From Vicugna vicugna (taxonomy: Eukaryota), in contig MU057989.1 of the NCBI GenBank assembly GCA_013265495.1, positions 1,753,513-1,817,512 on the forward strand: a stretch of 64,000 bases of DNA, in the 5' to 3' direction. Position numbers and translations under genes: made by a program. Under the pieces are notes generated by a model that worked only from the letters and a program-made list of their open reading frames with translations, searched no databases and was not told the DNA's origin. Shown one piece after another: positions 1 through 11,308 of this stretch (positions within the stretch are counted from its first letter, which is position 1; each line of letters opens with the position of its first letter).

Positions 1-540
1 GTGTGTCCCCAAGCTTTCTTTTAATTTCTGATTAAATTATAAATGCAAGTATCTCATCCCACTGAGAATATCCTCTAAACTATTAAAGATTAAAAGGCGC
101 AACCCATATGGCACACTGAGAAGCACACACTTAACTACGTCTCCATTTGAAATGGCAGTGATAAAAATTATGCCATGAAAGACTGTTTTAGTAAGCTTTA
201 TTAACACATTATGGTTGGTAAATTTTGAGCCAGCTACTGTGATCAAGAAATGAACCCATATTAATAGAAATCCAGCAGAAAGCATGTAAAGAATAGCCCA
301 AAAGAATGTCATAACGAATCTGAAAAAAACCTAGCTAAAATAAAATAACCTATAAAAGTGACGTTAATATTTCTGGCTACACTACAGCAAAGATTTAAAC
401 TGGGGTTATGTATCCCACTATACTTGGCCCTAAATTCAAATAATTGTAACAACAAAATTATCCTTGCATCAGCCTCAAAAACAAAGGACTTGGTGGTGAC
501 TCATACTAATCCGGAGGACCTGTTCTGTAATCAGTAAACT
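1..540 (+). pseudogene. NUMT: decayed mitochondrial 12S rRNA 5' half (probably continues left of the window)
   Basis: aaactggggttatgtatcccactatacttggccctaaa resembles AAACTGGGATTAGATACCCCACTATGCTTAGCCCTAAA; caaaggacttggtggtg...ggaggacctgttctgtaatc resembles CAAAGGACTTGGCGGTG...GAGGAGCCTGTTCTGTAATC; ggttggtaaattttgagccagc also matches. Motifs are colinear with many substitutions. Confidence 0.9.
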
Positions 541-1310
541 CTGAAATTATCTGTTTATAATTCTGGCATGAGAGCTTTTAAAATGCTTCTAAAAACGGAA
601 TCATTGTGAAAATATTAATTACAACGATATTGATATATTCCGCTAGAAAGAACAGGAAAAATGGGCCTGCTTCAGTTTTCTAACTTCAAGCCAAATACAA
701 GTTTTGATTCCCCTTCTGTTAAATCAAATGAGGCTCCACTGGCTTTTGCTAGTGTAGAGAGAAATCAAATTATGGGTAAGGGCCAAGATGGGAAAATCAG
801 CCATAGGTGTTCCTGTGCAATAAATCCCCATTGAGAGTGCACATGACTCATCTGTCAGCAGGCCTGAGAAGAGAAAACTGTCAGTGTCACTTCATACGGC
901 ACTGTCTGTGAGCCTGCCGGTAGCGCTCTGACAGGGTGTGTACTGAATCTGAGGCTCACCCAGGTGACAGGGTGGATAAATAGCTTGGGCTTGATAAAGC
1001 TATTCTGAATAGTATACACCTAGGTTTCTATTAATTAGTGGAAAAGTTACGAGAAGCAGAAATTATATTGTGAGAGGTGCCGGGGTGGATGCAGTAATAA
1101 ACATACAAACTGATAAGACTGATGATCATGGCGGTCCTTCGTCAATCATTTAACTGCATCAGTAACGGTTTACAATCACCCAAAGGGGCTGACACCGTTT
1201 CACCCTTTCTGCATTTGCATATAGCTTAGGACTTTCCATTCAATTCATGCGAGGATTGCTACATTTCAATTGGAATCATTATTGAAAGAATTCTGACTGA
1301 ATATATTTAA
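541..1310 (-). pseudogene. NUMT: decayed mitochondrial ND1 5' portion, inverted relative to the 12S piece
   Basis: Reverse strand gives gaatggaaagtcctaagctatatgcaa (ERKVLGYMQ region), gtatgaagtgacact (YEVTL), tttgatttaacagaaggggaatcaaaacttgta (FDLTEGESELV) and gcaggcccattt...ttctttctagcggaatat (AGPF..FFLAEY), in ND1 order, with frameshifts. Confidence 0.88.
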
Positions 1311-1539
1311 GCAAGATGCAAGACTTATTTTTATGTAGGTAAAAGTAGTCGGTAGGCTTGAAATGCCTGGAAAGTAAATTACTTTTCAGAATTCTTGCCA
1401 ATACCACGCCAGAAACACAGAGGAAACATCAAACTTCCAATTAGAGGCCAAGCCTTTCCCAGATTCAGTTCACCCATCCTCCAAAAGTCGTTTAGAGGCA
1501 CTGTAGAAAGTCCACATGAGGAGCCACTGTCTTCCCTAT

Positions 1540-2530
1540 TGTGGATGACCTGGCTGTGGCAAAAAGTGTGGGATTTCTGAATTCCAATTTTCCGTATCTT
1601 TTCACCAGAAAGCTACAAGAAATAGTAAATGAATTCAGGCAAGTTACACAGTCAATACACAGAATCAATCGCATTTATAAACACTAATAATGAACTGTCA
1701 AGAAAAGAAAGAAAACCACCTTTATAGGATTGCACGCAAAAAAACAAAATAGCTAGGAATCAACAGAAGCAAGGGTGTGAAAGACTTACACACTGAAAAC
1801 TTAAAGACAGTGATGAAGAAATTGGAAAAGACAGAAATAAAGGGTACAAAATATCTCATTCTTGGATGTGCGTGTGATCTGGCTGTGACACCTGTCATCC
1901 CATTGATCGCCAGGGTTGATTCGGCTGATCTGGCTGGCTAGATGGGTGTCCCCTTCCTCCCTCACGGCTCCATGTGTGTCTCTCCCAAAGCTGTGTGCTA
2001 GGTCGAAGAGGACAACCATCCCCGATAGAGGAGGACCGTTCTTCTCGGTCAAGAGTATACGAGCAGCTGTGCTCCCCTGCTAGAATCTCCAAACAAGGTA
2101 TCTCATTCTCATGAAATGGAAGAATTATTGTTAAAATGTCCACTCTACCCAAAGCAATGTAAACAGCGAATGCATTTCCTACCAAGCCTGCAATAGATTC
2201 TGCACAGAAAGAGAGCAGATCATCCTAATTTTTGTGTGGAACCAAAATGCAAGGGATCCTGCATAGCCAAAGCGACCCTGAGAAAGGATAACAGGCCGGA
2301 GGCAACCGGCTTCCTGGTGTCACACTACATGACGAAGATAGTCACCCAAAGAGTGTGGAATTGGGGCCAAAACAGCACATAGACCAGAGGAACAGAGAGC
2401 CCAGAAATTCACCCACATGGATGGGGCGAGTTAACGTAGGACAAAGAGGTCAAGAACACTCAAATGGGAAAGGATGGTCCCCTCTATAAACAGCGCTGGG
2501 AAAACCGTACAGTCCATACCACACGCCATC
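1540..2530 (+). mobile_element. Old L1 ORF2 fragment, interrupted by the 7SK retrocopy
   Basis: L1 ORF2-like motifs, e.g. ctacaagaaatagtaaatgaattcag, atggaagaattattgttaaaatgtccactctacccaaagc and atagaccagaggaacagagagcccagaaat. Confidence 0.75.
1864..2097 (+). pseudogene. 7SK snRNA retropseudogene, 3'-truncated
   Basis: ggatgtg..gatctggctg..cccattgatcgccagggttgattcggctgatctggctggctag..ctcccctgctagaatctccaaacaag matches roughly the first 230 nt of 7SK with CpG decay. Target site duplication (TSD) tatctcattct at 1852-1862 and 2099-2109. Confidence 0.95.
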
Positions 2531-3214
2531 TACACCGCTCATGAGACTGATGACACTGACAGAGCTCCGTTCACCTGCGCACAGAGTCAAGTCCAAGTGC
2601 AGCTGGTACACGATGTGGGTCAGAAAGGCAAGTTGTTCTGCTCTCCTCATCTGCCAAATGAGAAGACTCGAGTAGACAGTCTGGAAAGACCTTTCCATTC
2701 CTGGACATCCTACATCCTATGAGCTTCTATAAGCTGCATCCCATCTATTCAGTCCTTGATTATGGACCATTTGAAGGTTCCCTCCTTGACAGCATTTTAG
2801 ATTTAGAAGTTGCTTTTAACAATATGAATTGCTCACATCATCAGGTGTTTCCTAGACAATGATTCAAGTTCTTCCTATGAATTAATTTGCTTTAGCTTCT
2901 CAGCAGCCTTATGTTATGTAGTAGTATCCTTATCTTGCAGATAAAGAAACTAAAGCACAGAGATGAAGTTACTTGCCCAAGATCACATGGTTTGTAACTG
3001 GTGGCGGCCAGACCCAAACCTAGACACTCCTGCTCGGAGCCTGAGCTCTAAACCGCTATGATATGCTGTCTCCTTGGGGTAGGGCTTTGAAGAATTATTA
3101 AATCCAAACACTTGTAGCCATCGCTCTCCCATCAAGGTACTTGCATACAGTAGGTAGGTAGGTCCTTGAAGACCTGGCAGGGGAAGTGTCAATAGTTAAG
3201 GAGCTGTCCCGCTA

Positions 3215-3800
3215 AAGTACCCTTGTGTTCCCCTCGAGTCATATGCCCTGACTCCCAGTACCTCAGAATGTGACTTCTGGATATAGGGACTTGGCAGGCG
3301 TAATTAGTTGAGTTAGGATGAGGTCATACTGGAGTAGAGTAAGCCCCTGATCCAATAAGACTGGTGTCTTTTTTTTTTTTAAGTTAGAGACAGATGCACA
3401 CAAGAACACATGGGAGGTAAAGACAGAGATCAGTGCGATGCTGCTTCTTTTTTTTTTTTTTAGTTGGGGGAGGTAATTAGGCTTTTATTTATTTATTTTT
3501 AATGGATTGAACCCAGGGCCTTGTGCATGCTAGTCACATGCTCTACCACTGAGCTATACCCTCTCCCGCCCCAGTGCGATGATTCTTCAAGCCAGGAAAC
3601 ACCAAACATTGCCTGCAGATCATCAGAAGCTAGGGGAGAGGCATGAAACAGATTTTTCCTCACAGCCCTCAGAAGGAACCAACTTTACAAACACCGTGAT
3701 CTCGGGCTTGTACCTTCCAGAAGTAAAAAGAAGAAATGTCTGTTGTTAAGGCCACTTTGTCTATGGTAGTTTGGTGCAGCAGCTCTAGCAAACTAATAGA
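3215..3800 (+). mobile_element. MaLR LTR (MLT1-like) containing a SINE insertion
   Basis: cccagtacctcagaatgtgac..ggatgaggtcatactggagtag..cacagccctcagaaggaaccaac..gcagctctagcaaactaata are MLT1-like motifs. Confidence 0.75.
3448..3571 (-). mobile_element. tRNA-derived camelid SINE (vic-1 type)
   Basis: Reverse strand reads gagagggtatagctcagtggtagagc..ctgggttcaatcc..aaataaataa..cctaattacc plus poly(A); TSD cagtgcgatg. Confidence 0.85.
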
Positions 3801-5939
3801 ACCCTCTTCCATCTAAAAAGAGTTTCAGGTCCTTTCTATCAGCTAGACCTCTGCAGGCATCTGCAAATGCAACCCAGCTGAAATAGGTTTAAGCATCTTC
3901 TAAGGCTCAGCCTGTAAATCTTCCTCCCTTGATGGGGAACTGCAGAGCCAAGATTTTGCAGACAACCCTCCCCTTCCCCCAGCCAGAGTTCCTCCTCCTT
4001 CAAAGTCCCAGGGAAGAGGTAGAAGACAGTTCTGCATGGTCTAAACTCTTAGGGAACTCCCTACGTATCACTGGGGTACTGGTTTCAGAAGGTAACTTCA
4101 AAAGCTACCACTTATTGAGCTCTTAGCATGTGCCAGGCATGCACTAAGAATTCTGTATGCATCACTTCACCAAAAACTCATACAGCCCTGCAACACTGAC
4201 ATTAATATCCCCGTTCTGGAGGGAAGGAGACATAAGTACTTTTCTGAAACAACTTGCTTGACCATTCTTGAGTATCAAGGACAAGTCTGACTTAAAGGTA
4301 TCAGACTCTGGCCATCTGGGCAAGCCAGAAATAGCCTGCAGGCCTGTGAGGCAAGACCCAAATACCCCCTCTTTAAGGTAAGTGAGCAAGGACAGCCCAG
4401 GAGCCCTGAGTCTCCGGTCTTCCCTACTACCAGCCTCCCAAGAAAACCACAGGAGTCTCTCCCTGCAGGAGGCGGTATTCCCCACCCTGTCACAGGCAGG
4501 GCGCAAATTCCTTGGCTCCAGGACAAGCTAGGCGTTTTCTCTCCGGCAACTGCCTAGGGTCACACAACAGCAAGGCCCAGCACTGAAATGCAAGCCCACA
4601 GAAACATAGTGAAAAGAGTTCACCGAGCAGGATCTGGGCCGGGGTCAGACAGTGGCTGAACACCAGGCTTGTTGGGGCCTCTTCTTGGAGTTCCTATTAA
4701 AAGTCTAGGCTGAAGCCCCTGGGCTACAAGAAAGCCCCCAACTCCACAGTTAGGGCCCCACAAGCCCGGGAAGAGCCGGACTGCATCTACAGGATCCACT
4801 GGTTCTGTGACACTTGTTCTGTTGCTGTTCCAGGCTGACACGTCTGAGCACCACTGCCAGACTGACGTGCCCACAGGGCAGAGGGAGTGTCAGCACGTCC
4901 CAGCAACGGGCAGGAACAAGTCCGGAAAATAAAAATAGAACCTGGGTAGTAAAAGTCTAACCCTTTTTTCCCCTTCATGCTGCTGAGTCTAGCTTCACTC
5001 ACTCACAGGGTGCCCTGTAAAGAGGCCTGGCCCCGGAGTTCCTAGTAGGAAAGGGCTGCTCCCAACACTGCAGCTCCCTGGGCTGTGTGCACCTGGCACT
5101 GACGTCTGGAGCCTGGGCAGAACAACTGCACCCACCCTGTAGGAACTCTGCCCTCTCCCCTTGATGAGAACCCTACCAAAGAGCCTTTCAAAGACTTTCA
5201 GGGAGAGCATGGACTCTAGAGCAGGAGCTCCAGCCCCTCTCCCTCAGGCAGGTCCTAAGACACTTTGGGCCCTGATTGGATGTGAAACACCCACTCCTGT
5301 GAGGGTGTGGGAGGAGCTGCCTCCCAGAGCTGACCTGCCCACCCCAGGACAGGCAGCAACACCCCCAATTCCAGATAGGACTCCAGTGTGGGGACACTAC
5401 TGATGGAGGGGAGGCCCTGCCTCCTAGGCACGGGGTTCCCCAGAATTTGGGGTTCTCAGCTGGTACCTCTTTGGAAAGATAATTCTGTGCTCTCCTGGGC
5501 ATGGAGAGGACTGAGAAAAAGGGAAACCAGACGGGAGTGATTTTTGAAGCTGCCTCTTTCTTACCCCTTCAGTCAAGAAAGAGGCAGGAATCTCCCACTT
5601 TTCCCTTTGGGAACTCCCTGGCCCACCTCTCAGCCCCTGGCCCTCACTTCTCACTGAGGCTGGCCCCTGCTATTGGCTGGGGTCCGCTCTGTGCCCAGGC
5701 AGCCGAAGCCCCCGCCTCAGGCCGGAGAATGTGCCCAAGGTGGGGAGGATGTGCCTCCAAGCAGCCTTCATTTACTCTGTTGATGTTTATCTGGCACGGG
5801 GCTGCAGTTCTGTCTCCAGGTTTTGGGTTTGGGGAGCTCCAAATCTCCCTGTGGAGAGACGTAGGGACTGTCTACACCTGGGAGTGCTTGGCTGTCTCCA
5901 TTTTGCTCCTCATCTCTTTCAGGGGGAAAACATTTTCAA

Positions 5940-6100
5940 ATTCAACCAATCGGTGGGCGGATTCCCTCTGCAGAGGCGTGTCCCAAAGGGTTAACGCAGC
6001 CACCCAGAAGTGGGTATGGGAGAGAAGAGCCAATCAGGAGGGCGTGGGGGTGTGCCCTGGGGGCTCATGAGGACGGTCTGGGGCACTCAGGGCAGCAGCT
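5940..6100 (+). promoter_or_regulatory. H2AX-type promoter remnant
   Basis: CCAAT boxes at 5946-5950 and 6030-6034. The string ggagagaagagccaatcaggagggcg..gtgtgccctgggggctcatgagg resembles the human H2AX promoter as recalled, with the TATA position mutated. Confidence 0.55.
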
Positions 6101-6168
6101 CTATTCTGCCGGTGGGCTGTCCCGGGGCCCTGGGAGGCCTTCTCCTCATAGCTCCTCTCCCGCATAGC

Positions 6169-6631
6169 ATGATGGGCTCTGGCAAGACGGGGCACAAGGT
6201 CCGCAATAAGACTAGACACAAGGCCACACACAACACCTCCGCCACGACCAGCGACCAGATCAGCACCAAGCCCAAGTCACTCCCTGGGCGCCGGCCTGCA
6301 GTTCCCGGTGGGCCGCGTGCACCGAGCACGTGGGCACAGATGCTCCCATCTACATGGCTGCGGTGCTCGAGTACCTCACTGCTGAGATGTTGGAGCTGGC
6401 GGGGAACACGGCCTGGGACAAGAAGAAGACATGGATAAACCCCCGGCACCTGCAGCTAGACATCCGCAGCGATGAAGAGCTCAGCAAACTGCTGGGAGAC
6501 GTGGCCATCCCCCAGGGAGGCGTCCTGCCCAACATCCAGCCCGAACTGCTGCCCAAGAAGACCAGCATGCCCAGGTGGCAGAAGGCACCACCAGCAGCAA
6601 GACGTCCACCCAGATCCCAGAGGAGCAATGA
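6169..6631 (+). pseudogene. Histone H2AX-derived pseudogene with an extended N-terminal tail
   Basis: Pieces MMGSGKTG..KPKS / [11 protein letters not shown] / [61 protein letters not shown] / [20 protein letters not shown] and a tail colinear with GKKATQASQEY point to H2AX. Frameshifts near 6280 (-2), 6324 (-26, loses LLRKGNYA) and 6593 (-1). Confidence 0.88.
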
Positions 6632-7092
6632 GGGTACCCCCTTCCTCACAACCTCCGTCCAACCCTCCCCTCCTCAGCCCCTCACAAAGGTCCTTTAAAC
6701 CTCACTAAAAGACCTTTCAGAATAAATGTATTTTTTCACAGCAACTCATCTCTCGATTTACTGGCGAGCAGTACAAGCTTGGAGCTTGGATTCGGTAACA
6801 ATTTAAAAAACTGGAGACAGATGCACACAAAGAGGACACCATGTGAAGGTAAAGGCAGAGATTAGGGCGATGCTTCTTCAACTAATGAGCACCACCGACT
6901 GCCTGCAAATCACTAGGCAATGGTGCTCGTTGGTTGTAGAGTTTCAGGTTCTTGCTATTAGCCAGACCTCAGCAGGCATCTGCAGGTGCAATCCAAGGCT
7001 CAGTCTTCCTCCCTGGATGGGGACCTGCAGAGCCAAGATTTTAAACATCCCTCCTTCCTCCAGCCAGGGTTCCTTCTCCTGCAGTGTCCTAG

Positions 7093-7676
7093 TGTTAGGG
7101 CAGGCAGATAGCTAGATACGAGCAGAGAAAGGGGGACGCAGGCCAAATAGCAGGAATTGGGCAAATGGCAGGAGAGGGGCAAGGGGCCAAATGCAGGAAC
7201 CCACACAACATGAAAAGAACAGGGATCCCTAGGCAGACAGAAAAAGCAGGTACCTTGGCACTGATAAGAAATCACACAATTAGGGGTGACAAGTGCCCTG
7301 GAGGCCAACAAAGAAAGGTGGGGAAAGGAATCTCTAGTGTCTGAATGTAGGCTTTTGCTCATTATGCCCTCATTTCAATAAAATTAGCCTTGCAGATTAG
7401 AAGTACCCGTCATGCACCGAGGCGACGACACTTCCGATTGAGACTAAATATGGACAAAAATCCCTCCTCCCCTCAGGAAGGTGGAGCTGGGATGAAAATC
7501 AGGGACAAAGACCCCAAACGTTTCCCTCCCCAGTGAATATTCCGCCCATTCATTTTTACACCCCATGTAACCAGCCTGCCAAAGAAACTCAGCGCAGCTG
7601 CTCACCTGGGCCTGCCCGCTCTCCCCTTAGAGTGTCCTATCCATCCCTGAATAAACCCTCACTTTACTTAAGCTCC
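7093..7676 (+). mobile_element. ERV-like LTR, 3' end truncated
   Basis: Starts tgttagggcagg; LTR-like composition; aataaaccctcac poly(A) signal near 7650. Confidence 0.55.
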
Positions 7677-7882
7677 GTTCTTGCTAGTAGCTGGACCTCA
7701 GCAGGCGTCCGCAAATGCAACCCAGCTGAAACAGGCTTAGACACCTTCCAAGGCTCAACTAGTTCATATTCCTCCCTTGATGGGGACCTGCAGAGTCAAG
7801 AGTTTAAACATCCCCCCTTCCTCCAGCCAGGGTCCCTCCTTGTCTCTGCATTCTTTCTACAGTGGGACAAGAACTTAATCAA

Positions 7883-8255
7883 TGGCAACAAAAACATACA
7901 CAACCTAAAGGTCGGGAGTTATGTTTTATTCAGTGGACGTTTCTGAGGACCTAGCCCAGGATGTGGCCTCTAAGCTTGCTCTGCGGGACTGCCCTGAAGA
8001 AGAGGGAAGGAGCCAGGGTGTACAGGAGTTTTTGCAATAAATATCAGGTAGTTGGAACATCAAAAGATTGTTGTTAATAAAGAAAACTAGATACCAAGGA
8101 ATTGAGTGTTTTTCTATGTATGGGAAGGTGTTAAGATCTAGGTTTATTGAAATCATTTCTTTGACATGCACCCAGCTATCTAGGGCCAGTATCCTGTGTA
8201 ACCCTGAGAGAGCTCAGGGGGCACCGTTGTGGGGATGACAGCAGGCTACTTCTCT
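7883..8255 (-). mobile_element. ERV1 LTR fragment (MER41-like), same family as 14977-15492
   Basis: Reverse complement shares caggatactggccctagatagctgggtgc..atgatttcaataa..aatcttttgatgttc..actacctg..gcaaaaactcc with the LTR at 14977-15492. Confidence 0.75.
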
Positions 8256-8258
8256 ACA

Positions 8259-8535
8259 CAGGTTTCCATGTCCCACCTGAAGTTCTCAGGACAGATGCCA
8301 GGCCTCTACCCCGGAGCCCACACCCGCACTAAAGCTCCCAGGACTGAGGTCAGGCTGGGTGTCTAACCAGGTCCCCACGTCCCCTCTGAAGCTCCCAGTA
8401 CTGAGGCCGGTTATGTAGCCAGGTCTCCATGGCCTCCCTGAAGATCCCATTAGTGAGACCAGGTCTTTATCCAGGTCTCCATGTGCCTCCTAAAGTTCCC
8501 AGGACTGGCTTGAGTCTTAGTCAGGTCTACATGTC
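8259..8535. repeat. Degenerate ~52-bp minisatellite, about 5 copies
   Basis: Recurring ccaggtctccatgtNccNcctgaagctcccaggactgagg unit near 8259, 8310, 8367, 8419 and 8471, with a partial copy at 8521. Confidence 0.75.
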
Positions 8536-10875
8536 CTAGTGTTTGCAGAACATGGTCGGGTCTAAATGTACTCAGTGTAGACAGAATACGGAGGAACCTA
8601 AATCTACCATGGAGACAGAACTTGGTCAGTTTAAACTAGCTTAGGGCTGCTCTCCTAAGAGGCACAGGTCACATGCATGGGTCCCTCATCTTAGGGCAGG
8701 AGACTCACCCCCGTGCAGGGACTAAGGCTTACACTGCTTGGAGAATCAACCAACATCGGATTCTGCACTTCACCCACATCAGGAAACTGAATGAAATCTT
8801 TCTGTCATGAAACATTTCAACATGCAAGACAAAAATGTTACCAATTTCTCTGGTCACGTGATGGTCAGGATCCAAGGGTAAGCCAGGAGCCTCTTGTAGT
8901 GCAGCCCAGTCTCCTGCAAGGACAGACAAGAAGTAGCGTGATTCCAGCATCCTGGGCTCCCAGCAGGAGGTGGCCCCACTGGAAGCCCAGGACAGGACAG
9001 GACAGTCCTGCACAGTAGAGGCAGTGAGAATCTGTCAGTCCATTCCGACAGCAGATTCTGGGTGGAGCACGCTCTGGCAGCCAAGCACACCACAGGCAGG
9101 TCCTGCTTCACAGCAGCATGTGCAGTGGGGAAGTGGGGGCTGATGGTCACTACAGCACCCAGTCAGGTGACTTTGTGCACCAGGGCTGACGCCTAGAACC
9201 CGCACTTCACTGTCTTTGAGGGGAGAACACAGGGGAGAGGTTGGGGCACCTGATCCACCTTTACCTCAGAATGCTGCAGCATCCTTGTCAGCTCCCTGCA
9301 TCCCTTGTCCTACAGATGAGACTAAACCAAAAAAGGGGCTACGTGTCAGGCAGAGTGAGTGGTGGGAACCCTGTTGCTGATCCCAGAACTGAAACAGTTC
9401 CTAGCCTGCAGATGGTCTCTGGGAGGGTTTCTAGCCCTCCAGTGACAGCTTAGACCCATGGAGACAGGAGGTGGGGTGAGCGCAGGATCTCACAGGTGCA
9501 GGTAAGCAGAGCCTCTACAAACCTGAAGCCTCCTATGGCCCCAGGACAGCCCAGTGGGCTTCTTTCCTGGGCCTTAGGTCCTCCTCACGGCCTGTACAGA
9601 ACGACTCAACAAATGAGCCAGGAGGGTGTCTGTGTGCTGGATGGGAGTCTAAACGGGTGCAGGGAGTCGGGAGTCCCTGGGGTGACCTGAGATCAAAAGG
9701 ACAGAGGCTCAGTGGGTAGATATTTGAACCTGGATGCCTTGATCTGCATCTAGATTTTGCCACAGGTTGGTGTGACTTCTTGGGTAACTTAGTAGGGGAT
9801 AGAGACTTAACATATATGTGTGTGTACATAAACCTATCTACTGTCCACTCTGAACCTCAGAACAGTACTGTGCAGGGGGCAGAAATCACCCCCACACAGA
9901 GACAGAGACACACACACACATATGTATCAACCCACTGCCCCCACTTTCTACCTGCCCTAACAGGACCCCTCTTACTGGTTCATTCTGAGTTTTAAAAACG
10001 AGTCAACATGTGACCTACTGAGAACAGGAACAGGCCTTTTTGAAAGCTCAGTGTCGGCTCTCCGTAAGTTACCAGCTTCTAAGATACTGATTGCAACGAC
10101 TTCTCAGAAGCGGAGTGGTTTCTGCCCACCTGACAACACTGAGGGTCAAGGTGGTCCATGGGTACACTGCTGCGACCAGACCCACCCGGGGAGAGAATGC
10201 AGCACTCAGAGCCTTCAGGCCCAGGCAGGTTGAAGGGGCCGCTATCGTGGCTGAACCTCAGACTCACCCAGGGGTGCCTCATGTTCATTCCAACAGAAGT
10301 GTGTATCTACATGCTCAGACCACAGATAATCCTGTGTGTAAACTCTCACACAGATCACAGGTCACTCATACATGTAAAACTCACATATAGTTCAGAACCG
10401 CCTAAGAACCAGGCAGAGGCCCATCCTTAGCCTAAATTTGACTGCAGCGCACCAACCAGAAACAGATAATGGAGATGGAAAAGCATCCTGGGGAGGCGAC
10501 AGGAGAGGATTCTACATTTCACATTAGAGAGCGAGATGTTGACAGGAGTCCAGAACTTCCAGATCCTCCTGAATTTTGAAAAATGGTTCAAGTTCAAAAA
10601 GTTGTGTGGCCCCAGCTCCCACCCCAAGAAGGGTGTTTCCAGGAGACCTGAGTCCTGGTGGTGTCAGCGATGGGGCCTTCCACCTCTCCTTCCTCTTTGG
10701 ACACAGCTCCTGTATCCTTCCCAACCGATTCTCTGGGGCACTAGGCTGCCGTCTGGAGTGTAGACAACACTCCAGGAAAGAAATTCTGTATTCTGAGACA
10801 GGCAGGCTGACAGGGCTGTTCTCAATGTGGTACAGATCAGAGAAGGGGACATACACCACCTTGAATGGCATGAAA

Positions 10876-11308
10876 GTTACTGAGGGAAACCTCATCTAAG
10901 GTACAGCGGGGAGGCCGGAAGGAGGGAGTGGCAGTGCCACTCAAAGTCAGTAACAGGAAGGACTGTCCATTACAAACCCCAGCAACAATCATCAACGGGA
11001 GAGAATCCTCAATCCCAGGCCTCACCAGGAAATATGTTCCCTGCGCCTCCCGCAGGACACTGACCACCCTGGCTGCTGAGCTGATGGGAAGCCATCCCCA
11101 CCCTTTACTCAGGGCTCCCCTCCATCAGACCCCAAAACAGCACCCCTCACTCTCTTTCTCTATGAAATAACGTTCCTCTCCTTTGTTCATGGGATTTGCT
11201 TGGAGCTTCTGCTGTAGCCTGATTGTCCCAAACTGCAATTCTTTGTTGCTCCTGAATGAACCCACTTTGTGGTAAAATAACAGGCTGTTTTATTTTTTTA
11301 GGTCAAAA
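10876..11308 (+). mobile_element. ERV1-type LTR (MER34-like)
   Basis: 3' end tgcaattctttgttgctcctgaatgaaccc..ggtaaaataacaggctgttttattttt..ggtcaa resembles this LTR group; 5' boundary approximate. Confidence 0.5.

Noticed and set aside
6330..6698. 122-aa H2A-like ORF as a functional histone gene
   Set aside because: Starts at an internal GTG, lacks the N-tail and helix 1, and its tail is frameshifted; it is part of the pseudogene.
8259..8535. CRISPR-like array
   Set aside because: Mammalian DNA; the units are contiguous and degenerate, with no unique spacers or cas genes.
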